Shown here piece by piece: positions 1 through 11,113 of a DNA stretch of 64,000 bases. Every line of letters starts with the position of its first letter. Position 1 is the stretch's first letter. Both the position numbers and the translations under genes were made by a program. Source of the stretch: Geosiphon pyriformis uo1 (Eukaryota > Fungi > Glomeromycota); assembly GCA_016748015.1 (NCBI GenBank), contig JAAOMT010000245.1, positions 1 through 64,000 on the forward strand, read 5' to 3'. A model generated the notes under the pieces. It worked only from the letters and a program-made list of their open reading frames with translations. It did not search any database and had not been told where the DNA came from.

Positions 1-1807
1 AAATAAAAATTTTTTGATTCTTTTAGATATTTTACACAAAACTTGTACCAATTTGGAATTGGATTTTTAGAACCCAAATATTTTTATTTTCTGAACATTT
101 TCTAAGTTATTACTGTATTTTTTTGTTAATTAGTTGCTCTACATAAACAATGTCTAAGTTTTTTAATATTTAAATAAATCCACAATATTTATTTTTTCTC
201 AGTATTTTATTATATTTAAATAACACCATTACATTAATTATTTATATATTGGTTTTTATTAAAATTTTTATATATTAACGAAAAAATATTTACAAAATTT
301 GTTTTTAATTTTACTAGTATTATCAAATGTGATTTGTAATTATTTAGTATTTATTAAAAATATCTTTTCATTTATCTTTCATAACTAGAAATTTTTTTTT
401 GTTTTCTATTTTTTAATACTATTTTTGAAAATATTAATTTTGTTTCAATTACTGTATTTCTAAAATATTAAATTTTTTGGCTCTAAGTTATTTTATGTCT
501 AAATTTTTCTGTAGATTTTTATTGTTGTTTTATGTTAGCGGATTCTTATTTAGCATTAAAATAACTTCTGGTTTGGGTTTTGTTAATTTAAAAGAATTGA
601 TAGAGTTATTATTTATATAAAATTATTAGATTTCAATTTCTTGTTTATTTAATATTATTAGTTAAAATTTGATCCAAGAAATAACAAAAAATTATTTTTA
701 GTAACTTATTATTTTGGATTTTAAGATTTTTAGTTATTAATAATCCAATTTGTATAATAGCACAAATTTAACTAAATACTATAATTAAATTATGCAATAT
801 TTTAAACTATTTAACAATAAAATTTACCCCACTAGAATTTACATTTATTTTACTAAAATTTAATAGTGTTAAAATTCAAAATAGTACCACTTAAAGTTAT
901 ATATATATAAAGATTCTTTTTTTTAAGAAATATATCTTATATTTATAACTAATAAAAACTGAAATTCTTTATTTTATTACATTATAAACTAATAAATTCA
1001 AATTTAACTCATTATCAACTTTGCAAAAATTAATTAATTTTGAATTCTATAAATCTGCCAGAAAGACGTTTAATTGAATTTATTCTTAACTATTTTACAA
1101 AATTAACTTTTTATTTTTAAACTTAAATATATTATTATTAAAAATATAAATTATTTAGCTTGAAAATAATCTGAAACTAAAGTTTTACATAAAATTATGA
1201 CTTTTTAAAATTATTTCGATATGGGCTTTCATATATTAGATGTGGCAAGGTTGATTTTCCAAATATATTTTCCTAATTAGATTAGCTTTTTGGGGAAAAG
1301 ATCCTACAATCGATATTCATGTTTTACAAATAAAAACTTATTGGCAAGATTCAAAAGTGATTTTTTTTGTCAGAAGCAAAGGTCCTTTACTCACATTGTT
1401 GATAGTTCAAACGAACCTTCAATAATAAGCTCCTTTTCATTTATAAAACTTAGCCGAGATAAATATTTGAAAAAAATGTCAATAAACATTTAACACATGC
1501 CAGACTATCTTTATTTAATCTTACGCCAAGAGAAAAATGGGAGACTTAAAAGAAAGAAGCACATTAAAGCTAGAAAAAAATGATATCAAAATTCATTTCA
1601 AATGGTTTAAGTTCAAAAAATTTAAAATTAGCCCCATTACAAGTTAAAGTGATTATGAATAATCTACTCTATTCCATAATTTTTATTTTTGTAATAAAAA
1701 ATGAAATTCTCTCTTTTGAATTGTTTTAACATAATTCTAATCAAAAAATTATAAGATTTCAATTTTAAAAAACTAATTTAAAGTTGGAATGAATAAAGGT
1801 TTTACCA

Positions 1808-3138
1808 TTATAGAAGTAACGATTCCTTTTCTTTTGGAAACATAATAGAATATAAGAAAGAATAAGTTACTGTGGCAAGTAATGGACCTAGCCAATATAC
1901 CCAATGATCTAAATTTCATTTGTAAAATGTAAATTAAAATTAAAGATTGTAGAGAAAAGGAAATATAATCAAAAAAGATTTGTAAGCTATTTTACGTACC
2001 CGAAAAGTCTTTATTTATTAAAGCGAATGCAAAACACTTTGCCGGATTCATGGTTGCCCTTAATATTTAAAGGATGCCAAATTAGCATTATCAAGATTAT
2101 TCAAAACGATTCAAGAATAAACATCCAATTACCCAGGCCATCCAGCATTCAATCCCATACTAATCCAAGCCAGTATTCCAATGATTATGGAAATAACAAA
2201 GCCGGTTATTTCCAATTTAAGTGCAATCTTCCGATTGGGATTCAGAGCGAGAGCAAATATCCCACACGCTAATCCTAAACTAAAAATCATTTCTCCAATT
2301 AATACTAAAGAAATATCGATTAATTTTTTATCAAAGTGACAGAGGCCTATCGGTAAAGATTTTGGTGATGTTTTAGCTTCATCTATCAATAGACTAATTA
2401 GAAATGCCCCAATCGTTCCACCGCACAATTGGAAGGCTACATATAGAATACCACGCGGGATTGAGCAAACTCGAAGAGAGATCGCTGTAAAGATTACAAA
2501 TGGATTCAAGAAAGCACCTAGGATAAATTAATGTTTATGAAAAGAGTAAATTTTTGAGATGCTTCGATTACTTAAGGAGAAATAAATAAATTCGAATTTT
2601 TACAAATGACTCACCAGAAATTGGACCAACGATAATAACTAAAAGGGTAATTATAGGAATTAAAGCGATTATGGTTACCGGTATTGGAAACCTATATAGT
2701 TAAGAAATATTCTTTAAGAAATCCAGCCCCAGCTGCATGTGTAGACATAATGTAAAAAGATTAAAAATTGCAATCGCATTATCAAAAGCTAAAAACTCAC
2801 GTTGTAGGTGTTATAAACTTCTCAAGAGCTCCAATGAAAAACATCAAGAAAAAAGTTCCTAATCCATCTATAAATGCTTCTCGCCATAAGCTAATCAGCT
2901 TTAATTCATCAAAATTCACCATTGATTTCATATCTAAGTAGTAGGTAAAGTTTGGTTTGTTCAATTTATCATCTTGAATAGAGCTAAAATTTGTTTCGGG
3001 CTGTTCTCTAATTATTTGGAGATATGAACACTCTGTGGATTTTGAAACACGATCACAAAGAGTGTTGCGACAATTACAAATATCTATAAAATTGTGATTA
3101 GGATGTGGTGCAATTTGGTGAGAGCCTTTTTCAGACAT
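1808..3138 (-). CDS. Aquaporin (MIP family), XIP-like; 5 exons: 3138-2801, 2691-2615, 2517-2133, 2058-2000, 1908-1808
   Basis: Four GT-AG introns splice into one frame. Motifs: loop B SGAFLNPFV, loop E GATMNPAKCF, C-terminal HWVYWLGP, plus hydrophobic TM segments. ORFs 2797-3138 and 2129-2509 are exons. Confidence 0.9.
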
Positions 3139-6100
3139 GATGTAATTACGAAAAAATTTTTGTCAAAGAATTCAGAATTCTAATAACTTAGAGAGTGGTT
3201 ATACCCTGCGTGAATGGCAAATAGTTCAGTTTGCTGGAGCGATTTATCAAAATATGGGGACCTTATCGCGGATAATTTCATTCACTATTGAGATTTACAT
3301 AACCTTATTAGCTTAGAATCTACATGTCATCGAAAAGGAATTTATCATCTTACTACTCACAAGAGGATTTACAAGGACACCATTCAAACTTCCATGAATT
3401 TTTCGAAATAAATTTCATTTTCCCTCCTATGGTCATTGTCCAGGAAAGTTTTTTTTCCCCATGGCCCCAATATTTACATTATATAATATCATTTCAAGAT
3501 CGAAATTGGGTTTGGTCTTGTTCAATACTTGCGTATAGAAAAACGTGGTATTTGATGATCAACTTTGTTGGCGTCGTCAATTCACAATATTTTATCTCAA
3601 AAAAAAAGGAAACTCTTTGTTTTTTTGGTTCTAAAATTTGTTAATCTGTTTTTGAAACTTGAAATTTTGGGAGTTTCATGTTTTTCTTTGTCTTAAAAAA
3701 ATAACATGTTTCGTAAAAACAATGCAAATGGTTAGAGGTGGTCATTATTTCGAAACTAATTCCATTAGTCCAAGATCTATGATCCAGCTTTCACCTTAAA
3801 AAGTAATTAGCACGTAGCATTATTCCTAATTAGATATTATTCACGTTCAACAAGTAAACGTCCTCAGAGTTACATTCAAATATGGGGTAAATCTAAGAAT
3901 AGAAGATTGTCAGATATTGACACAGAGTTTCTTTTAATCCGTGTAAAATGCGCAATAGTACAGATTTTTTTCTTCTTTGCATGAAGAATTCCTTGCCAAA
4001 ATCCAGAAAAAAAATAACATGATCCATTGAAAAGATGTTTGCTTCAAATAATCAAGTTGATTTTCTTCTAAATTATGGTTTGTTTGCTTGTTTAAACTTC
4101 CATGTTAAAAACGATCAAGAAATCAAAAGCTTTGGAAGGAAACAAAGGGATTTACAATAATGCAAACTGGTTCGATTCAAATTCTGAATGCAAATTGTAT
4201 ATAATAAAACCTTTAACCTTATTTTCAATTAGCATTTTTGGCCGCAATGTCGAAAAAGAAGTATCGTTATCCAAATAGTCTTTGTACTTTATAGAAAAGA
4301 AATCATTAGAAGAATCTAAAAATTCTAGTTTCTGCGTTTCGATCAATTTAGGGAATAAAAATGCGCGATCCGATTTATTGCATTTCGTCATTGTCATCCG
4401 AATATTAATATTATAATGAAATTATGTACATAAAATTTTTTTGGCAATGATGATTTTCTTACTGAAGGATAAAAAAAAGTCTGATTGATTTGATTGACCA
4501 TTTTTTCTCTTAAATCACTACTTGCAATCTTATGAGTAACTTGAAAGATATTAATTGTTACGATACATTAAAAGTTAGAAAACTCTAGTAATATAAGGTT
4601 TATTATTGAGAATAATAAAGAAACTTTCGTCCTTTGTTCCTTAATCTAGAGAAAACTTTTTTTTTTACTAAACTAGATAATTTACTAAAAGAAGTTCTAT
4701 TAAACTATTTGATAACTCTTTACTTTTTTTTAACCCAAAAACTATTAAACAGAAATTAGTAATCGTGCTTTTATATGCCGTATATTAGTGCATTAAGGAA
4801 TTTGAATTCAAAGTTTTTCTGAAAAATTGTTTATAGATCATCCGAATAGAATTTCTCAAAATGTCGTTCTACCATTTTTCACAAGAAACCGATTCCTGCA
4901 TCTGATTTCAAAATTTATTGACTTAGATCTCAACATAGAAAAAAAATTTTTTTTTGAGCTCTTAATAATCTATTTTTCTCTAATTAAGAACCTCAAAAAG
5001 TATTGTTGTAGGGACAGACATTTTCGAGGCATATTCTGTACAACAAAAATTCATGCAAAATTAAACAGATAGCTTTTTAATACCTTTTCACCTAGGATTA
5101 TCTAGAGGAAATCGAAGAATTTCAAATTATTTAAGCTTTTTTTTAAAAACATATACATATATATATATATTATTGCTTATATAAATTTCGAAAAATATAA
5201 ATTAAATTCCATATTTAATGGTTAAAAAAGTTTCATAATTAAAAAAAAAACTAATTGTATATTGGTTGTATATTTTATTTTAGTTAATAATAGTTAAATA
5301 AAAAATATAATTTATTAAAAAATTAATAATTAAACATATATTTTTATTTTTTATTATTAAATGACATAATTTTTATTTATTTATTCTTTAAAAATGGTAA
5401 CCAATTATTTGTAAAGTCTATATACAGATATTTCCATAATTAAAAATTTAATTTTTTTGTTTTCTTATATTTATTTTATAATAAATTTTAAATGTAATAT
5501 GATTAATAATTTATAACAAATAATGCATATATAATAAAAATTACTAAAATATTTAGACTAGAAGTTGAAGCGCAGAATGTAGTTGAAAAGCGATTAGAAG
5601 AGGCACTGTAGTTTGTTTATCAAGAGATTCGTAGCCTAACTGGTTTTTCAATAGTAACAACATTAAAGAGGAAATGCCCTAACATAGAAGAGGTCTATTT
5701 TGATTTCTTTAATAGAAATATGTAAACAAGTACCAAAAATTTAATAATTGAAATGAGAGATTGTAAAATTTCTTATTTTTGTAAACAGTTGCAACTCCAC
5801 ATTTAATTATAAATAAATATATTATTATTGTTTTACAATTAATTTTCCTTATTTTAAAATTTTAATTTACATTAAGAACCTCAAGTTTTAATTAATATGA
5901 TAAGCTTTTTTAGATTTTACATGTAATTATTCTAAAGAGTGCCAATGTGTCAAGAGTGAAAAAGTTAGGGTTAGACTTTTTAACCAAACAATTTTTAAAA
6001 AATATTGATAAAAATGGTCTATCTGTTTATTATTATTGAAAAAATTGTGCATAAATCCAAACCTTCATTTTATTTTTTGATTGAAAAAACTTAATTCAAA

Positions 6101-6460
6101 TAAATACAAAAATTTATATTTAATTATTAGTTCAAAAAACTTGATACAAAAATAAAAATTCAGTATTAATTAATATAACTTTTTTTTTAATATTACTGCT
6201 TATTTTAAATTTTGTAATATAAAAATTAATTATTATCTATTTAGATATAATATAATATTATATTTTAAGTATAGATTATGCATTTTTATATAATAATCAA
6301 TTATATAAACTTATATTAAGACTATACTAAGTTAAGAATTAAAACTTTTTTAACTATTTTAAAATATAAACTTAAATTTTATTTTAGTTTTAAAGGCTTT
6401 AAAACTAATTAAATTTTAAAATAGGCTTTAATTTAAACAGAATTATTTTAATTTTACAAA

Positions 6461-7886
6461 ATACTGCCTAGTTTTATACATCAAAGAAATGATTTATACT
6501 AGGTATGAATCATGTTTTTTCTATACACGACCAGCCATTTGGGCCAATCAAAACAATATTATACAGCTATATGAACCAAAATCGAATTACTTATCCCAAA
6601 AAAAAACAAACAAGTTCTGCAAAATTCAAAATATACATTAAAAGTCTTAGTTATGCCAAGCATCTTAATCACACTAGCAGAAAACTCTGAAGCCAAACCA
6701 GAGACTGATATGAGAACTAAATTATCAAGGGGAATCAAGTCATTTTTTTCCATATATGTTCAATGTTTAGCATGAACTAACCAAACATCATCCTTAAAAG
6801 CAAGACTGAGGGAGTGCACAAACTTAACAATCTCATGATTGGCAATTTTAGAATCATGGAAAATGAAAATAGTCTCACAAAACCAACCATCAAAAACACA
6901 ATCCTTAAAAAGAGCCATTGACAAAAAAGAATCAAAAATACAGATTGATAACAACTGGAGCACATCCAAAGAGAAATGAGAGAAACCCAAAAGTGACTTT
7001 CAAGAATTCACATAGAATTCCAGTATTAGATGTTAAGTAGGCTCATCAATCCTATAGGAAAACACATGATCTGATATTTCCACCTTGTTACAGTACAAGC
7101 ACAGTACACTGGAATAACATTTATCATAAAAGCACTTATGAATGGCCACAGGCAACCGACAATACAAAGCTTTTATAAAATAAGTGTGCGCATTAGCCGA
7201 GGCCTTACTGGTATAACCAGCAGCCATGTGTAAATTAAGATATCATACTAGCAAAAAATGGTGCCAATCAATCTTAGAAGTCAAATCATGAGGCAAAAAC
7301 TTTGAACCAGAACCAATCTCCCAATATACACAACAGACAGAATAATAAACATCATAAACAAAATGTCTAGAATTGCCAGAAATAATACTGTTTTTAGCCA
7401 CCAAAAAATGTTTACTTAGACGAGAAAAAAAAAACCAATCAAAAATAGACATGTCATCAGCAAATGAATCAGCATGGTCATTTCCTGGAATATCAGAATG
7501 ACTTTTCACCTTGTGCCAACTAACACTCAAATTTTTACTGTGAATAATATTAACTATATGCCAACACTCGATCCAATACTGATTACAAAAATTGGGACAT
7601 GCCAAAACCAATTCTGATTTGTAAGCATCCAAAGCAGATTGACTATTCAAAAACAAATAAACAGAACTAGATAAAGAAACATATTCTAGAACCAACACAA
7701 TAGTCTGCATTTCAGCCAAAGTAGACAACATCAAACTCAATACTTCAATGGCCAAACCTGAATTAATGTCTTCAAAAAAAACAGCAGTACCAGTCTTACA
7801 GCCAACTGTGCCTAAACTTCTTAGAGACCCATCCATATATACAGATAAACTACCAGTACCAACTTGAAACAGATGATCATATACAG
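6461..7886 (-). mobile_element. Non-LTR retrotransposon 3' fragment (LINE copy a): RNase H, Cys/His finger, ORF2 end, 3' UTR
   Basis: YMDGS...AEM...WHKVKSH...GNDHAD (RNase H); CLYCNKVEISDHVF; C-terminus SILVHIAV* matches copies b and c; interrupted at 7887 by a Gypsy LTR. Confidence 0.9.
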
Positions 7887-8870
7887 TGTTACTGGAGGTT
7901 TTTTTGGTCTCTTTTTTGTAATGTTGTTGATACTTATTTGCTGTGAATTCACGTTTTCTGGATGTGGTTGAACCTCCAGTAACTGAATTTATCTTCAAAT
8001 TATCTTCTATAATTTGAACTTGCTGGGCTTATGAATGGAATGGCCAATTCCGTGCCAGTTGCTTTATGTAGTTACATTGTAGTAAATGTTAACTCTTTCC
8101 CAAGAATTGCTCGTCTGGAAGCTTACTAAAAATATGTAGTTACTTTGCTGTGAAAGTCAACTTTTCTATAAGAATCTCGTCTGTAGGCTACTCTAATGAT
8201 TGTAATAAGAAAAGAAAGAAAAATAAAAGAAGTGTAAAAGAAATAAGATCTTATCAAAGGAAACGTTTTCTATCCAGGCCTGGAGTCACTAACAGTTTAC
8301 TGAAATTGGTAGCTAATCAATTTCGAAATGTTAGTTGGGTTTTGGGGATTTTCCAAGTACAATAATTTAGAGAATTTGGTTTTTCGAATTATTTGATATT
8401 TATTTCTTTTTGTGTGTATAAAAATGGTTTGTAAAAGATAAATCTAAAGTAAGATACATTTTCTCGAAAAGAGAAGCTCTTCTTTTATACAACTTGTCAT
8501 AACACTATTCTATGAACTCAAACTTTGCTATTTTCTACAATTTTGCTGAACTAAAGATACATTTCGGCAAACTATAAGTTATTTCGGCAAACTATTAGAT
8601 ATTTCGGTGAACTATCAATTATTTCAGCAAATTTCTACAAATTTCGGCAAACTTTTTGAATGTTACATAGTTCGGGGTATTGCATGATTGATTATTGCAA
8701 TTAGGTTACATTGGTGTTGTGTACAATTTGAGTTATTAATTAAATGATAATTTCGGACATTTTTGCTAATATAATAAGTAATCATTTAAAACGATAATAT
8801 ATGCTAATTAATGATAGGAATTATAAGATAATTTCATGCTAAATAATATCTTTAATTTCGTTTGGTAACA
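7887..8870 (-). repeat. LTR1 (3' LTR of A1), 984 bp
   Basis: TGTTAC/GTAACA termini; sense-strand TATAAAA at 8489-8483; PPT immediately adjacent. Confidence 0.95.
8541..8660. repeat. 20-bp-period tandem array in LTR U3 (core ATTTCGGCAAACT), 5-6 units; also in LTR2 and LTR3
   Basis: Units start at 8561, 8581, 8601, 8621, 8641, with a degenerate unit at ~8541. Confidence 0.85.
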
Positions 8871-9560
8871 TAACCTCCTCCTCAAGACTGAGCTCCGTCG
8901 AAGTCCAAGTACTGTCTGTTTTTTTTTCAGATAATAATCCAAAATTATTGAAGAAATTTGGTCTGAAAATTGTTAAAATTTCAGTTCTGTGAGTTTTCCA
9001 ATGTATTGAATCTTCAAAGGTTGAAAAATCGGGTTTTGTAGTATGTTTTCACAGGTATAGAATAGGTCATAAAGTCTAAGAGCGGCTCTAAGCCTGTAGT
9101 GACTGTTTGTTAATCCAGCTGTTGTCTTGAATTCATTGTGGAGTTGTTTCTGAATAGCTTCTTTTGTGAGATTTGCTGTTGTAAGTTCCAGTTTCTGTTT
9201 GTAGAGTGTTTTTCCAATGTGAAAATATCTATAGATTGGAGGATATTTAGTGTTTTCCTTATTGAGACACAGTTGAAGTTTTTGTTGAATTGTAGCATTT
9301 GATAGAATACTAATCGGAGTGAGCATTAGGTTTTCTCTTAAAGCAAGCTTTAAAAGTTTTGGCAGGTAAATTCCAGTATAACTTCTTGTGTTCTTTTTAT
9401 ATGGGTGATATTTTCGTGAGTTTGGGACTAAATTTGTAACTACTTCTGTTTGGGTATAATTAATGTGGTTTCCAGTAACAGTAATAAATAATTTGGGTAT
9501 TGTTTTTAAAGCTAACATTAGTTTTTGGGATAATTGTTGAATGTTTTGAGGAATAGTCAT
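8839..9560 (-). pseudogene. Gypsy A1 accessory ORF3 (unknown function), disrupted near its 3' end
   Basis: ORF 8973-9569 (ATG at 9560); CAA>TAA at 8973; intact homologue at 17729-18448. Confidence 0.8.
8871..8886 (-). promoter_or_regulatory. Polypurine tract of A1 (second copy 17761-17776)
   Basis: Sense CTTGAGGAGGAGGTTA abutting the LTR start TGTTAC. Confidence 0.85.
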
Positions 9561-9679
9561 TATAAGCAATTGAAAAAAAAAAAAAAATTTATTTTTGGTG
9601 TATGGGTTTTTATGTTATTTTTGTTTTTGTTTTTGTGAGATTGTTTCTAAATTATAAGAGAATGACTAGTAAAATTAAA

Positions 9680-11065
9680 TTAAGTGTTCAGGTTGGAAGG
9701 TTGTTCAATGACAACTATTGGTTCTAAGTTTTGGGGAATATCTTCGTGACTGACCAAAAGGGAATGTGTACCAATTTGTGAAATTAATGGTTCAGGATTG
9801 TTTCTGGAATGATAGTGTTTCAAACGATCTCCATGTGCAACTTTTGCTAGGATTTTGTCATCAAGTCTTAGCTTGTATGATCCATTGCCTAGGATTTTAT
9901 GGATAAAGAATGGTCCATCCCATTTATTTTCAAATTTTCCACTCCATTGTTTTTCAGCTTTAGTTCTGTGTAAGAGAACTTTGTTTCCAATTTTGAATTT
10001 ATTGGAGACTGAAGGCAATTTGTCATCATGCCATTCTTTTTGTTGAGCTTGGAAGTGTTCAATATGGGTGGCTGCTATTCGTCGTTTTCCTTCCAATGTA
10101 CTAAGCAGAGTGTAGGCTCTTCGCTGAAGCGTTTCTTGGAAATTGTTTTTATCGATCAGTTGTGTTGAGTATGTTTCCACTGTGAAACTAATTGGTAATA
10201 TTGCCATCCTTCCATAAGTTAAATCAAATGGTGTGTGTTTCGTGGTATCTTGTTTTAATGTCCTATATGCTAGTAACACTAATAGAATAAAGAGATCCCA
10301 TTCTTGCTCAAAATCGGTTGAGACTTTGGCTAATGACTCACACAATGTTCTGTTAAAACGTTTCACAAGTCCGTTTGTTTGTGGATAATAGGGCGAAGAC
10401 AGAGGTCTTTTAACATTGAATTGTTCACAAATTTCTTGTATCAGGTTGTTTACAAAGTGTGTTCCCTGATCGGATAAAAGTTCAATTGGACATCCATGTC
10501 TACAAATGATGTCTTCGTAGATAAAATTTGCTACTGATTTTGCATCTGCTCATTGAATGGCTCTGGCTTCAGGCCATTTAGTAAGATAGTCTACAGCTAC
10601 TGCAATATAATGGTTTTCTTGAGTGGTAATAGATAGTGGTCCGACTAAATCGATACCAACTCTGTCAAAAGACTGTCTAACTTTGATTGGATTTAAAGGT
10701 TCTGTAGGGTGAGTTTCTTCTCTTCTTTGACAACTATCACAAGATTCGACATATTCGTGAATGTCTTTTCTCATTCAAGGCCAAAAGTAGTATTCTAGTG
10801 TTCTTTGGGTGGTGCTATTTTTTCCGAAGTGTGCTGATGAAGGATCCGAGTGCATGTTGTATAAAATGGTCTCTTTTTCCTGTTCTTGTATTAATCTGAG
10901 TGGTTTGGTTGGGTTTTTGAAATTTCGATAATAGATAATGTTGTTGTATAGAAAATATTGTTTGGCTTGTTGTTGTAACTGATGTTTTTTGTCTGGGGAC
11001 CAATCTGTTGGGATTGTTAATGTCTCCAAATATTGTTTAAGATTGTTGTAGTTTTCGGGGTTCAT
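9680..11065 (-). pseudogene. Gypsy A1 integrase (HHCC, DDE core, GPY/F), separate ORF, with premature stops
   Basis: H-SDPSSA-HFG...CDSC; IDLVGP; SDQGTHF; HPQTNGLVE-like; WDGPF; CGA>TGA stops at 10775 and 10550. Confidence 0.9.
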
Positions 11066-11113
11066 TGTTTGTTGTTTTGATGCTGTTAATTCAATTGGGT
11101 GTTGGTTTTGTTT

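Noticed and set aside
3324-5072. Short ORFs upstream of the aquaporin (3324-3644, 4152-4397, 4827-5072)
   Set aside because: No recognisable motifs or consistent splice structure; probably promoter or intergenic sequence.
7243-7998. 251-aa ORF fusing LTR sequence to LINE RNase H (possible domesticated RNase H)
   Set aside because: Chance in-frame junction at 7886/7887 with a TTG start; one catalytic Asp appears mutated (FLNSQ versus FLDSQ/YSDSQ in other copies).
8541-8660. Repeat-spacer pattern as a CRISPR-like array
   Set aside because: Period is only 20 bp with ~7-nt spacers, inside a eukaryotic LTR, and there are no cas genes.
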